DNA of 64,000 bases from Dehalococcoidia bacterium (GCA_965214725.1 OZ243973.1:801938-865937), one strand, 5' to 3'. Counted from the stretch's first letter, positions 26,487-36,754 are shown. A program made the numbers and translations. Notes: generated by a model from the sequence alone, not told the origin.

Positions 26487-28295
26487 TTAGATCTCTCTTG
26501 AGAGGGTGGCCATGAACTCGGCGTTCGTCTTGGTCTTGCTGATGCGGTCCAGAATCCGCTCCGTGGCGTCTGAGGCGTCCAGGTTGGAGTTGGACAGCAT
26601 CGCCATCATGCGGCGCAGGGTGACGATGCCGCGGTACGTCTGGTCATCATACAGCCGCTCGTCCCGCCGCGTGCTGGACTTGAGCACGTCAATGGCCGGG
26701 TAGATGCGCCGCTCTGCCAGTTTGCGGTCCAGGTGCACCTCCATGTTGCCGGTGCCCTTGAATTCCTCGTAGATGACATCATCAAGCCGGGAGCCGGTGT
26801 CGACGAGGCACGTGGCGACGATGGTGAGGGTGCCGGATTCTTCCGTGTTGCGCGCGGCGCCGAAGAAGTGCTTGGGGGGGTACAGCGCGACGGGGTCCAT
26901 GCCGCCGGAGAGCGTGCGCCCGGAGGATGGGGCGGCAATGTTGTAGGCGCGCGCAAGTCGGGTGATGGAATCGAGCAGGATGACAACGTCCCGCCCGGCC
27001 TCAACCAGACGCTTGGCGCGCGCAAGAACCAGCTCGGCAACGCGTGTGTGCTCTTCAACGGGCTCGTCAAAGGTGGAGGCCATAACCTCGGCGCCCTTGA
27101 CGGTGCGCTCCCAGTCCGTCACCTCTTCCGGCCGCTCGCCGATGAGGGCCGCCATGATGTGGGTGCTGGGGTATTTGGCGGTGATCGCATCAGCGATCTG
27201 GTGGAGCAGGATGGTCTTGCCGGCCTTGGGTGGGGAGACAATCAGGGCGCGCTGCCCAAAGCCGATGGGGGCGATGAGGTTCAGCAGTCGCGCCGCAACA
27301 GCCTTCTGGCTGGTCTCCAGGTCATAGAGCCGGTCCGGGAAGAGGGCGGTCAGCTGGTCAAAGATGGGCCGACGCCGCGCGATCTCCGGCTCCTGGCCGG
27401 TGACGGCGTCAACACGGAGGAGGCCGTAGTATTTCTCACCGCTCTTGGGGGAACGGACGTGGCCGGTTACCCAGTCACCGGTGCGCAGGCCGAATCGCCT
27501 GACTTGAGATTGCGCGACGTAGACATCATTGATGTTGTGGCGGAGTGTGCGGTGCCGGATAAAGCCGTAGCCGTCATTGGTGATCTCTAGGATGCCGCTC
27601 GCGCTGATGGTGCCGCCACGCTCACCCAAGGTCTGGATGGCGCGATGCACCATCTCGTCCCGCCGGACAATGGCGCTGGCAGACATGCCGAGGAATTCGG
27701 CAAGGCGGGCGGCCTCGTCACGGTCGAGGGACTCAAGCTGCGGGATGGTGACACTGCGCAGTCCCTCCGGGAGGGAGGCGGCACGGGCGGCGCGCTCAGC
27801 CTCGCTCATCTCGTTGGACTCGTCAGGCTCAGGGCGCTGGCGTGGCGGCCGGTCACGGTCCGGCCGGCGGCGCGATGGGGCGCCGTTGGCAGAGCGGGGA
27901 CGCTGCGGGCGCCGGACGGGGGCCGGCTCATCATCAACAACAAAGTCATCAGCCGACGGCGCGTCCGGTGACATGGTGGCGGGGGGGAGTCCCTCCGTGA
28001 TGGAGGGCGTGCCATTGGTCGTGGACGGGGAGGCGGCGGTGACGCCGTTGGCCGGGGGCGCGTCGACTGTATCAGGGCGAGTGGCAACGGCAGCGCCGTT
28101 CTTCTCGGTGACGGCCTCATCAGTCACGGCATCACTTGGTGCGGCGGTGGCTGTGGCGCGGCGCGTGCGTGGCGGGCGGGCAATGCCGCGCCGTGTCACG
28201 GGGCGCTGCGGCTCGTCCGGGGTCGGGGTATCTGTCGTGTCCACGAAGGTCTCCTTTAGTGGGTGCTGCGGGCCGCTTTGCTGTGCCCGCCACAT
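26487..28295 (-). CDS. rho: Transcription termination factor Rho with a long Arg/Pro/Asp-rich N-terminal insertion domain
   Basis: The C-terminal ~420 aa contain the Rho cold-shock-like RNA-binding region, Q/R loops and the RecA-like ATPase. An N-terminal ~200-aa low-complexity extension precedes it. The ATG at 28295 lies immediately after the pyrG stop; the further-upstream part of ORF 26487..28589 overlaps pyrG and is rejected. Confidence 0.8.
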   Translation of the reverse strand: MWRAQQSGPQHPLKETFVDTTDTPTPDEPQRPVTRRGIARPPRTRRATATAAPSDAVTDEAVTEKNGAAVATRPDTVDAPPANGVTAASPSTTNGTPSITEGLPPATMSPDAPSADDFVVDDEPAPVRRPQRPRSANGAPSRRRPDRDRPPRQRPEPDESNEMSEAERAARAASLPEGLRSVTIPQLESLDRDEAARLAEFLGMSASAIVRRDEMVHRAIQTLGERGGTISASGILEITNDGYGFIRHRTLRHNINDVYVAQSQVRRFGLRTGDWVTGHVRSPKSGEKYYGLLRVDAVTGQEPEIARRRPIFDQLTALFPDRLYDLETSQKAVAARLLNLIAPIGFGQRALIVSPPKAGKTILLHQIADAITAKYPSTHIMAALIGERPEEVTDWERTVKGAEVMASTFDEPVEEHTRVAELVLARAKRLVEAGRDVVILLDSITRLARAYNIAAPSSGRTLSGGMDPVALYPPKHFFGAARNTEESGTLTIVATCLVDTGSRLDDVIYEEFKGTGNMEVHLDRKLAERRIYPAIDVLKSSTRRDERLYDDQTYRGIVTLRRMMAMLSNSNLDASDATERILDRISKTKTNAEFMATLSREI

Positions 28296-28299
28296 GTCA

Positions 28300-30063
28300 T
28301 CAGCGCGTGGCGGTCGTCTCTCTGGGTGGTGTTGCGTGTGGATGCTGCTCAGCGTTGTTGTTGGGGGAACGATGGGATGATGCATCAACGCGCTGGGCCG
28401 GGTGGGCCATGCCGTCTTGCGCGACGATGAGGGGTGGCTGCTCGCCGGCGCGGAGGATGCCGGCGGCAACGGAGACGAATTCCCGGAAAAGGGGATGGGC
28501 GCGCGTGGGCCGGGATTTGAATTCCGGGTGGAACTGCGTCCCAAGCATGAACGGATGATCACGCGCCTCTGAGATCTCAACAAGGTCAAGCTCCCGGTAG
28601 GCGCCGCTCACAATGAGGCCCGCCTCCTTAAAGGAGGCACGATAGGCGTTGTTGAATTCAAAGCGGTGCCGGTGCCGCTCAATGACGGTCTCCGGATCAC
28701 CATACGCATGGGCGGCAACGGTGCCGGGCGTGAGGTGGCAGAGGTAGGAGCCGAGGCGCATGGTGCCACCCTTGGCGCGGACACGCTCCTGCTCCTCCAT
28801 GATGTGGATGACAGGATGAGGCGTCCCGACATCAAACTCGGTGGAGTTGGCGCCGCTCAGACCGGCGACGCTGCGCGCAAATTCAATGACCATGATCTGC
28901 ATACCAAGGCAGAGGCCCAGATAAGGGATACGCTGCTCACGAGCGTAAGACGCGGCGCGGATCATTCCCTCGATCCCGCGAGACCCGAAGCCGCCCGGGA
29001 CAACGATGCCGTGCGCACGGGCGAGCCGTTCCTCCCAGCCGTCCACCTCCAACTCCTCCGCAGATATCCAATCAATGTCAATGTCCACGCCGATCTCAAG
29101 ACCGGAGTGGGTGAGCGCCTCCCGAACGGAGAGGTATGCATCACGCAGTTCAACATACTTGCCGACAATCGCGACGGTGAGCGGCGGCTTGGGTTCCTCA
29201 AAGCGCTGGACAAGGTCCCGCCAGTCATCGAGACGCGGCTCCATCTCCGCATACCCATCAAGCTTCATCCTGTTTAAGAGGTAGTCGCCAAGTCCGCGCT
29301 CCTCAAGCAGCAGCGGGACGCGATAGATGGTATCCACCGTCGAAAGCGGGATGACAGCCTGCGGCTCAACATCACAGAACAGGGCGATCTTCTCGATGGT
29401 TTCCTGCGTGGTCTCCACCTCGCTGCGGGCAATGATGACATCCGGCAGGATGCCGGCGCTGCGCCCAAGCTCACGGACGGAGTGCTGTGTCGGCTTTGTC
29501 TTGAGTTCGCCGGTGGCGTGGAGATACGGCAGATACGTCACATGGACAAAGATGGCCTCAGTCCGACCGAGTTCGTTGCGGACCTGGCGAATCGCCTCAA
29601 GGAACGGCTGCCCCTCAATATCACCAACGGTTCCGCCCACCTCGATGATGATGACCTCCGCGCCGGACTCGTCCGCAACCTGCCTCATGCGGTTCTTGAT
29701 GGAATTCGTGACATGGGGGACAACCTGGATTGTGCCGCCGAGGAAATCACCGCGCCGCTCACGGGAGAGCACGGATGAGTACACCTGGCCGGCCGTGACG
29801 CTGGACGCGCGTGTCATCTCGGCATCGACAAATCTCTCATAGTGGCCGAGGTCAAGGTCCGTCTCCGCACCATCACCCGTCACAAACACCTCCCCATGCT
29901 GGTACGGAGACATGGTGCCTGGATCGACGTTGAGATAGGGGTCAAGCTTCTGAACTGCGACCTTGATGCCGCGGCTCGTGAAAAGTCGGCCAATGGCAGC
30001 GGCCGTGATTCCTTTACCGATGGAACTAACGACGCCGCCTGTCACAAAGACGTACTTTGCCAT
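28300..30063 (-). CDS. pyrG: CTP synthase PyrG with a ~45-aa C-terminal extension
   Basis: MAKYVFVTGGVVSSIGKG synthetase N-terminus; glutamine amidotransferase domain with GLCLGMQ. Confidence 0.9.
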   Translation of the reverse strand: MAKYVFVTGGVVSSIGKGITAAAIGRLFTSRGIKVAVQKLDPYLNVDPGTMSPYQHGEVFVTGDGAETDLDLGHYERFVDAEMTRASSVTAGQVYSSVLSRERRGDFLGGTIQVVPHVTNSIKNRMRQVADESGAEVIIIEVGGTVGDIEGQPFLEAIRQVRNELGRTEAIFVHVTYLPYLHATGELKTKPTQHSVRELGRSAGILPDVIIARSEVETTQETIEKIALFCDVEPQAVIPLSTVDTIYRVPLLLEERGLGDYLLNRMKLDGYAEMEPRLDDWRDLVQRFEEPKPPLTVAIVGKYVELRDAYLSVREALTHSGLEIGVDIDIDWISAEELEVDGWEERLARAHGIVVPGGFGSRGIEGMIRAASYAREQRIPYLGLCLGMQIMVIEFARSVAGLSGANSTEFDVGTPHPVIHIMEEQERVRAKGGTMRLGSYLCHLTPGTVAAHAYGDPETVIERHRHRFEFNNAYRASFKEAGLIVSGAYRELDLVEISEARDHPFMLGTQFHPEFKSRPTRAHPLFREFVSVAAGILRAGEQPPLIVAQDGMAHPAQRVDASSHRSPNNNAEQHPHATPPRETTATR

Positions 30064-30338
30064 GCATCCCCAATGGCCTGCCCCACATGAATACGGTCAG
30101 GGGGGCAGTTACCGTTAGCCTTGTTCCCCATCAATGACTCGTCGTATTCATCCACAGCAACCCAAAAAGCGCTGCGCCGACTCTTCTCTCAGGGGAATTC
30201 TCCGCAAAAAGGACCGGCGCAACACGGCGCCAATCCCGATAACGGCTTTACTATGCCGCGTCCGCAAGTCACTGTCAAGTACGAACCCGCGCATACACAT
30301 CAATCTGCCCCGCTGACGGCCCGCGGCTGATAGCGCGC

Positions 30339-31448
30339 TCACTCGAAATCAGTGAGCCCGGCAATGATGTCCGGCGTCAGGCGGCGGACAACGTCCGCAA
30401 CAAGAATGACCGCATTCGCGAAATCGTCACGATGGATGACGCTGTTGTGGCTGTGCAGATAGCGCGTGGGAACAGCGATGTTGATGGATGGCGCGCCCGA
30501 TCCCGCTTTCTGCATCTCCGCGCCGTCCTCTCCATAGCCGCTCAACAAATTGAACTGGAGGGGCATCTCACGGTCGGCGGCCCCGTCCACAAACACATCA
30601 CGCAGGCGCAGGCTGGGCAGCATGGAGCTGTCATGCAGGAAAACCGTCGGCCCTTTCCCGAGCGCCTCCTGTGCCTCGTCCCGTGTGGTGCCCGGATAAT
30701 CACCCGCCACGCCCGATTCCACGTTGATGCCAACATCCGGCATGACGTGGAAGCTGCTGGTGTGCGCGCCACGCAGTCCGACTTCCTCTTGAACGGTGCC
30801 CACAAAGTAGATCGTCGCGGGCAGCGGATCCGTGGAGTCACGGAGTGCGCGGGCAACCTCAACGAGCGCGGCGAGCCCGGCTCGATCATCCCACGCCTTG
30901 CCGACATACAATTCCCCGCCCGCCATCTCCATAAAGGGGCTGTCCGGGGACACCGGATCGCCTGGGCGAATCCCGAGGCGCCCCTCCGCGTCCTCCCTAC
31001 TTGCTGCGCCAACGTCGATGAAGATCCCCTCCTTCTTGAAGATCTGTCCGCGAGCCTCCGGCTGCATCACATGCACCGTCTTGATTCCGGTCAGTCCCTT
31101 GATAGGGCCGTTGCGCGTCATCACAACCCACCGCTGGTTGATGAGCGCTTGATCCAGCCAGCCGCCGAGGGTCTGGATGGTCAGAAACCCCTCTGCCGTG
31201 ATCTGCCGCACCATGAGGCCCACCTCATCCATGTGGGCGGAGAGCATCACGCGGGGAACACCGTCATCCTCATGGCCAATCCGCGCAATGAGCGAGCCGA
31301 TGCCATCTGTCTCGATGGAGTCTGTCAGGGGAGTCAATTCCCGACGCAGGATGGCGCGGACAGCGCCCTCATGCCCTGTGGGCCCAAAGGCCTCAGACAG
31401 CTCTCGCAGCAGCCCACGCTGCCGCATGTAGGTCTCATTCGTCGTCAT
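30339..31448 (-). CDS. M42 family metallopeptidase (FrvX/YpdE-like glutamyl aminopeptidase)
   Basis: …AFGPTGHEGAVRAILRREL…MLSAHMDEVGLMVRQI… matches the M42 family. Confidence 0.75.
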   Translation of the reverse strand: MTTNETYMRQRGLLRELSEAFGPTGHEGAVRAILRRELTPLTDSIETDGIGSLIARIGHEDDGVPRVMLSAHMDEVGLMVRQITAEGFLTIQTLGGWLDQALINQRWVVMTRNGPIKGLTGIKTVHVMQPEARGQIFKKEGIFIDVGAASREDAEGRLGIRPGDPVSPDSPFMEMAGGELYVGKAWDDRAGLAALVEVARALRDSTDPLPATIYFVGTVQEEVGLRGAHTSSFHVMPDVGINVESGVAGDYPGTTRDEAQEALGKGPTVFLHDSSMLPSLRLRDVFVDGAADREMPLQFNLLSGYGEDGAEMQKAGSGAPSINIAVPTRYLHSHNSVIHRDDFANAVILVADVVRRLTPDIIAGLTDFE

Positions 31449-31770
31449 CAGCGTACAACCTCAACTCCCGATATTCGCCTGGTCGCATGGCATCGACAGC
31501 CGTGCCAATCTCAGCGACACGCAGTCTCAGCACGCGCCAATTCGGCGGATGCACAACCAATAGTGCGATGCCATAGCGTGGCAAATTCTGTTCATAGACG
31601 ATCCCCGCATCAGTGGAAATCAGTAAATCAAAGCCCTCTCGTTCTGCTGCTCGCAACAGGTCTCCATTGGCGATTCGTTCCCAGCCACGTTGCCGTGCAT
31701 ACACAACTGTATGGTGCGTCAGAAAACGGCGGAGGCTGTCGGGCACGCCATTGTCAAAGAGAATCCGCAT
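31435..31770 (-). CDS. DUF5615-family PIN-like protein (second copy in the window)
   Basis: MRILFDNGVPDSLRRFL…GDLLRAAEREGFDLLISTDAGIVYEQN matches the DUF5615 consensus (MKFLLDENLPRRLAELL…vlvTkDkDF). Confidence 0.6.
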   Translation of the reverse strand: MRILFDNGVPDSLRRFLTHHTVVYARQRGWERIANGDLLRAAEREGFDLLISTDAGIVYEQNLPRYGIALLVVHPPNWRVLRLRVAEIGTAVDAMRPGEYRELRLYADDDE

Positions 31771-32420
31771 TACCGGCCGGCGATGGCACCCGGGGAAGAA
31801 TCTCTGCGGCTTGATAGGTCAGTCTCCAAGAACGCCAAGATGGGCGCGACATCGTGCTCCTCAAGGCCGGACCCTTCGTAGAACCATTCAAGGAACTCGG
31901 ATAGTGGAAAATTGTCACGGAGCATGCTCAGGAGGTGCCCGACCGGCATTCTCGTATCGTAAATCACCAGTTGCCCGCTGACTTTGCCATGAAAACGATT
32001 CGTCTGGAGGCATGCGCTCCAATCAGTAATCCGATCCGTCGTCGGCTCCTGTCCCCACTGCTTTGTCCGATCGAAATAGGGGCCCTGCAACCATTCCGGC
32101 TTGAGTGTCTCGGTGTCTTGGATCGTGGTTGCCAGGTCATGCAACTCTCGATCGTAGATGTCGCGCGAGGGGCGGTACGCTTCCGCTGCGAGGAAGTCGA
32201 GGACCGTCCTGACATCCTGCTCACTGACCGTGTGCCCGCACCAATCGAGAAAGTCCTCAACTGTCCCATTCCGCCGCAGAACCGTGAACAGACCGGCTAC
32301 AGGAACATCCGTATCCCTAAAGACAAGCAGAGAGCCCCCTTCAGACGGGCCATCCGTGACGCAGGGGCATTCGCCCCAGAAGGTCAGCATATTCGTTGGG
32401 TCTGCCGCAACCGCCACCAT
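31770..32420 (-). CDS. Tandem-DUF433 protein (two DUF433 repeats), partner of the downstream DUF5615 gene
   Basis: Two repeats: …VFRDTDVPVAGLFTVLRRNGTVEDFLDWCGHTVSEQDVRTVLDFLAAE… and …VIYDTRMPVGHLLSMLRDNFPLSEFLEWFYEGSGLEEHDVAPILAFL…. The stop overlaps the start of the DUF5615 gene. Confidence 0.55.
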   Translation of the reverse strand: MVAVAADPTNMLTFWGECPCVTDGPSEGGSLLVFRDTDVPVAGLFTVLRRNGTVEDFLDWCGHTVSEQDVRTVLDFLAAEAYRPSRDIYDRELHDLATTIQDTETLKPEWLQGPYFDRTKQWGQEPTTDRITDWSACLQTNRFHGKVSGQLVIYDTRMPVGHLLSMLRDNFPLSEFLEWFYEGSGLEEHDVAPILAFLETDLSSRRDSSPGAIAGR

Positions 32421-32500
32421 CGCTCACCGCCCCTTTCACGCCTCCCTCTTTATTCGTCATTATAGGTAGAACCCGTTCACGCAAGGAGAGACCAACCCGC

Positions 32501-34276
32501 ATGTCACACCAGCACAATCAGTCAGGCAGCAACGGCGCCGCCCTTGAAGGCCGCTATGCCGGTGACAATGACACGCTCATCCGCATGCGTCATTCCGCCG
32601 CCCACATCATGGCAGAGGCTGTCCTCTCCATGTTCCCTGACGCCAAACTCGGCATCGGCCCCCCCATTGAGGATGGCTTCTATTACGACTTCCTCCTGCC
32701 CCGCTCACTCTCCACGGACGATCTCCCGGAGATTGAACGACGCATGCGGGAGAGTGTCACTGACGCGGAGCCGTTCATCGCCGCCGACGTCCCCCGCGCA
32801 GAGGCATTGCAGCGCTTCGCTGATCAACCCCTGAAGGTCGAAATCATCGAGAGCCTCCCGGATGAGACTGTCTCCACCTACACGCACCGCGGCTTTACGG
32901 ATCTCTGCCAGGGCCCGCACGTGGAGTCCACAGACAAGACGGGCGCGTTCACCCTGACCCGTGTGGCGGGCGCCTATTGGCGCGGCGATGAGACGAAGCC
33001 GCAGCTCCAGCGCATCTACGGCGCACTCTTTGAAACGCAAGACGAGCTCGACGCCCACCTGGAACGCTTGGCGGAGGCGGAGCGGCGCGACCACCGCCGC
33101 CTCGGCCGCGAGCTCGATCTTTTCTTCTTCGATCCCATCGCACCGGCCAGCCCCTTTTTCCTGCCAAAGGGCGCCACCGTCTACAACCTGATGGTCAATT
33201 TTATCCGGGAGCTCTATGAGCAGTACGGCTACCAAGAAATCATCACCCCCCAGATCTTTGCGACCGATCTCTGGAAACAGTCCGGCCACTATGACAACTA
33301 CCTGGAGAACATGTACCTCACGCAGTCCGATGAGGTCCAGTACGGTGTCAAGCCGATGAACTGCCCCGGCCACTGCGTCGTCTACAAATCCCAGCTGCAC
33401 TCCTACCGCGCCCTGCCCTTGCGGCTCGCCGATTTTGGCAGGCTCCACCGCAATGAGCGGTCCGGCGTCACACACGGCCTCACCCGTGTCCGCAGCTTTG
33501 CGCAGGATGACGCCCATATCTTCTGCCGGCTCGATCAGGTGCAAGTCGAGTTCTCGTCCCTGATCCGGATGATGCGGGATGTCTACCACGCATTCGGCCT
33601 GAATGAGCCGCGCTATACCCTCTCACTCCGGCCGGACAAGCGCGTCGGCAGTGACGAGACGTGGGATCAGGCCGAAAGCGCGCTGCGAGAGGCGCTCACC
33701 ATCGCCGGCGCAGACTTCGCGGAGATCCCCAACGAGGGCGCGTTCTACGGCCCCAAGATCGATCTCTTCTCGCAGGACGCCCTCCGGCGTGAGTGGCAGC
33801 TCAGCACGTTCCAACTCGATTTCAACCTGCCGGAACGGTTCGACCTCGAATACGTCACAGAGGATAACCGCCGTGAGCGCCCCGTGATGATCCATCGCGC
33901 CATCCTCGGCTCATTGGAGCGGTTCTTTGGCGTTCTCCTGGAGCACAACGCCGGCGCCTTTCCTCTCTGGCTCGCGCCCGTGCAAGCGACAATCATCCCA
34001 ATCGCAGACCGGCACATCCCCTACGCCGAGCAGGTGGAGCAGCAGCTGCGCGCCGCCGGCCTGCGGTGTGACATAGACGGCCGCAATGAGCGCATGAACG
34101 CCAAGATCCGTGAGGCACAGACGCGGCACGTGCCCTACATGCTGGTGGTGGGAGACCGCGAGGAGGAATCAGGCGCCGTCGCCGTCCGCCGCCGCGAAAA
34201 CAGCGAGAACCTGGGCGCGCTGCCCATCAACGAGTTCATCACCCAAGCACAAGAAGAGGTGACAGCACGGCGGTAG
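32501..34276 (+). CDS. thrS: Threonine--tRNA ligase (ThrS), apparently lacking the N-terminal TGS domain
   Basis: The editing-domain motif RHSAAHIMAEAV sits near the N-terminus; class II core motifs and the C-terminal anticodon-binding domain are present. The ATG at 32501 follows an AAGGAGAG RBS. Confidence 0.85.
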   Translation: MSHQHNQSGSNGAALEGRYAGDNDTLIRMRHSAAHIMAEAVLSMFPDAKLGIGPPIEDGFYYDFLLPRSLSTDDLPEIERRMRESVTDAEPFIAADVPRAEALQRFADQPLKVEIIESLPDETVSTYTHRGFTDLCQGPHVESTDKTGAFTLTRVAGAYWRGDETKPQLQRIYGALFETQDELDAHLERLAEAERRDHRRLGRELDLFFFDPIAPASPFFLPKGATVYNLMVNFIRELYEQYGYQEIITPQIFATDLWKQSGHYDNYLENMYLTQSDEVQYGVKPMNCPGHCVVYKSQLHSYRALPLRLADFGRLHRNERSGVTHGLTRVRSFAQDDAHIFCRLDQVQVEFSSLIRMMRDVYHAFGLNEPRYTLSLRPDKRVGSDETWDQAESALREALTIAGADFAEIPNEGAFYGPKIDLFSQDALRREWQLSTFQLDFNLPERFDLEYVTEDNRRERPVMIHRAILGSLERFFGVLLEHNAGAFPLWLAPVQATIIPIADRHIPYAEQVEQQLRAAGLRCDIDGRNERMNAKIREAQTRHVPYMLVVGDREEESGAVAVRRRENSENLGALPINEFITQAQEEVTARR

Positions 34277-34324
34277 CGGGGGCGGATGGGGGATGGGGGA
34301 TGGGAAAGTACGTCTGAACCGGGC

Positions 34325-34708
34325 TCAACTGCCATGACTGCCGTGATAGTGCAGTCGAGCCTCAACAAGTTGGCCATGAACAGGGTCCGCCGCCATCCCC
34401 AATCCCTCCAACGCATGTGCCCCAAGCAGTGGCTTGGCGCCGCTTGGACCGAACAGCACAATGGTCGTCGCCTCAAACCCGTTCACCTTAACGACGGCCT
34501 CGCCCATGTCCATGCTGATGACCCGACCGTCCGCTAATTCAAAGGGGCGCGACTGTGCAGGCGTGACACCGATGCTGGCGAGGAAATCGGATGGCAGCAC
34601 GCTATACGCGGCGCCGGTGTCCACCGTCGCCTCAACATCGCGCCCAGCATTGCCATCACGGCTCGCGAACTGAACCGTCGCATCAAACACACCCACAGAA
34701 TCTTGCAT
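34325..34708 (-). CDS. Retropepsin-like (clan AA) aspartyl protease, paralog 1
   Basis: VEATVDTGAAYSVLP catalytic DTG(A) motif plus the downstream GxxxLLGxxxL pattern. Confidence 0.65.
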   Translation of the reverse strand: MQDSVGVFDATVQFASRDGNAGRDVEATVDTGAAYSVLPSDFLASIGVTPAQSRPFELADGRVISMDMGEAVVKVNGFEATTIVLFGPSGAKPLLGAHALEGLGMAADPVHGQLVEARLHYHGSHGS

Positions 34709-34870
34709 TTTACTTCCCCATACAGACAAGTCGAATGGAATTCCGATTCTTCCCGTACCTCTTAATTCTAGCCCCCTTACAAATCTCAGACAGAACGGTG
34801 ACAATGGGTGCAGAGTTGGCCACCAGTTGGTAGCCAACTGGAAGCAATCAACGTAGGGGAGGGACGTTAC

Positions 34871-36586
34871 ATGGTCATGGAAGCTCGTAACAGGCGCCTG
34901 CCTGACTGGCTGATTCGTGTAAAGAGTGGCCAGTTAGCCCTTCCAAGATTTCAGCGATTCGAGAGCTGGGGCCACGGAGATATTGAAACTCTTCTAGACA
35001 CCGTACTCCGCAAGAGACCAATTGGGGCTGCGTTGGTACTTGCCATCGGCGACAAGGAGCCATTCGTAAGCCGCGCAATGGCAGGCGTACCGCAACCAAC
35101 TGAACGGACTACTGAGCACCTCTTGGACGGGCAACAGAGACTAACTGCGTTGTGGAAGGCACTAAACGACGGATACACGGACCGGACTTATTTTGCGGTG
35201 CTTCAGCCTGATGTTGACGATCCATCATTCGTCAAGAGCTACAGTCGATGGCACAGAAATGGACAACGGTACCCTCTTTGGGTTGACCGGCCAGCTGAAC
35301 AGTGGAATCGCGGTCTGGTGCCTTTGCGCCTTCTCAACCCGGACGCAGATTCCAGTGAAATAGGTGCTTGGTGTGATTCAGCTACAGATTCTCTAGAAGA
35401 CAGTCGTGACTTAGAGCGCAAACTGCAAGTACATCGAACCGCCTTGCAAGAGGCAAACCTCCCCTTCCTAGAATTACCGGTTGACACGCCTCCTGATGAA
35501 GCAATCGACGTCTTTATCAAGATGAATACTACTTCGGTCCGCCTCACTGCATTCGATATTGTAGTCGCTCAGATGGAAGCAGCCACAGGTCAATCGCTGC
35601 ACGAGCTTGAAGGATCGTTGCGTTCGGCAGTACGCGAGGCTGAATGGTATGTCGATATTTCGGACTTGATCCTCCGAGTAGCTGCCCTCAGGGAAAACCG
35701 ACCACCAACAGAGTCCTCCTTCATGCGCCTGGACATGCAACGGCTCTCGGACGAGTGGGAGGCCATTCAACAAGGGGTAGATGGTGCAATCAGATTTCTA
35801 AGGGAAGAGCACATCTATGATCGCGAGCGGTTGCCCACGGTCGCAGTGGTACCAGTTCTTGCGGCAATCTGGAGTCAAATGCCTCAGTCTCTTGATGCAC
35901 ATGGTGAAGCGCGTACGCTGCTCCGAACATATTTGTGGCGTGCATTCTTCACTGACAGGTATGATCGAGCGGCTGGCACGGCCGCCTTACAAGACTATCG
36001 TGGACTAAAGTCCCGGCTGGTTGACGCGGATGGTGATGCTCTAGCCCCAATATTCGAGGAGCATCGGTTCCCCGTAGCCGAAATCGAGCAAATAGAAAGG
36101 GCGCCTTGGCCTAGGCTCCGGAACACTTTGGCGCGCGCAATACTCGCAGTGTCGCTGCGGGCAGGTGGCAGGGATTTTGCCGACGATAGTCCAGTAAGTT
36201 CAGAATCTCTTTCCAGAAGGGAGTATCATCATCTTTTTCCCGAGGCTCTCTTGAGGAATGATGGCTTGCTTGAGGATTCAGAAATTCACTTGGCATTAAA
36301 CTGCGCTTTGGTCACTTGGAATACCAACCGTAATATCGCCGCCAAGGAACCTGTTGCCTACCTGCGGGAGCGTGTTGAACGGGCGCCACTAGGCGAGGAT
36401 CAGATTCGTAGCAGACTTGATTCCCACATCATCCCGTTCAGTTTCCTAAATGTTGGTGGTTATGCCAATATGGTCGATAAAGACGCTCGTGCAACGAAAA
36501 TCGGGACAGACTACAGCGATTTTGTACGAGCCCGCGCCGCGGCAATTCACGAGGTAGTAACTAGGCTGTGCAATGGCGAGGAGTAA
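34871..36586 (+). CDS. Second GmrSD-like DUF262/DUF1524 fusion protein (putative type IV restriction endonuclease)
   Basis: DGQQRLTALWKAL (DUF262). C-terminal …EYHHLFPEALL…HLALNCALVTWNTNRNIAAKEP (DUF1524 H-N-H-like). Low-GC gene. ATG at 34871 follows an AGGGGAGGGA RBS. Confidence 0.7.
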   Translation: MVMEARNRRLPDWLIRVKSGQLALPRFQRFESWGHGDIETLLDTVLRKRPIGAALVLAIGDKEPFVSRAMAGVPQPTERTTEHLLDGQQRLTALWKALNDGYTDRTYFAVLQPDVDDPSFVKSYSRWHRNGQRYPLWVDRPAEQWNRGLVPLRLLNPDADSSEIGAWCDSATDSLEDSRDLERKLQVHRTALQEANLPFLELPVDTPPDEAIDVFIKMNTTSVRLTAFDIVVAQMEAATGQSLHELEGSLRSAVREAEWYVDISDLILRVAALRENRPPTESSFMRLDMQRLSDEWEAIQQGVDGAIRFLREEHIYDRERLPTVAVVPVLAAIWSQMPQSLDAHGEARTLLRTYLWRAFFTDRYDRAAGTAALQDYRGLKSRLVDADGDALAPIFEEHRFPVAEIEQIERAPWPRLRNTLARAILAVSLRAGGRDFADDSPVSSESLSRREYHHLFPEALLRNDGLLEDSEIHLALNCALVTWNTNRNIAAKEPVAYLRERVERAPLGEDQIRSRLDSHIIPFSFLNVGGYANMVDKDARATKIGTDYSDFVRARAAAIHEVVTRLCNGEE

Positions 36587-36610
36587 GCGGGCCTGCCACG
36601 GTCCTCACCC

Positions 36611-36641
36611 GATGGATTCCCGCTTGCGCGGGAATGAGGGG
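36611..36641. repeat. REP1-family element
   Basis: gatggattcccgcttgcgcgggaatgaggggac. Confidence 0.8.
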
Positions 36642-36683
36642 ACGGGACACCGGAGCGGGGCGGGTTAGCGAGGAAGCAGGCCT

Positions 36684-36709
36684 GTCATTCTGAGCGCAGC
36701 GAAGAATCC
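36684..36709. repeat. REP2-family element, short form
   Basis: gtcattctgagcgcagcgaagaatcc. Confidence 0.8.
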
Positions 36710-36754
36710 AAGAGGGTGTTCTGGGGGCAGGGTGCTTCTGCAAGCGCCCCCGCC

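Noticed and set aside
25052-26515. Plus-strand ORFs 25052..25480, 25087..25371, 25620..25868, 25720..26295 and 25994..26515
   Set aside because: Composed of REP2 tandem arrays (the recurring CHSERSEESR peptide), poly-G, or antisense sequence of the GIY-YIG and small paralogue genes.
28296-28589. First 98 codons of ORF 26487..28589 (rho)
   Set aside because: They overlap the 3' end of pyrG on the same strand in a different frame and have a low-complexity nonsense translation. Rho is started at the ATG at 28295.
34325-34837. N-terminal 43 aa of protease ORF 34325..34837, and the first 79 aa of ORF 36755..37345
   Set aside because: The extensions run through REP and intergenic sequence and are non-conserved between the two paralogues. 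The paralogues align from the internal ATGs (34708 and 37108).
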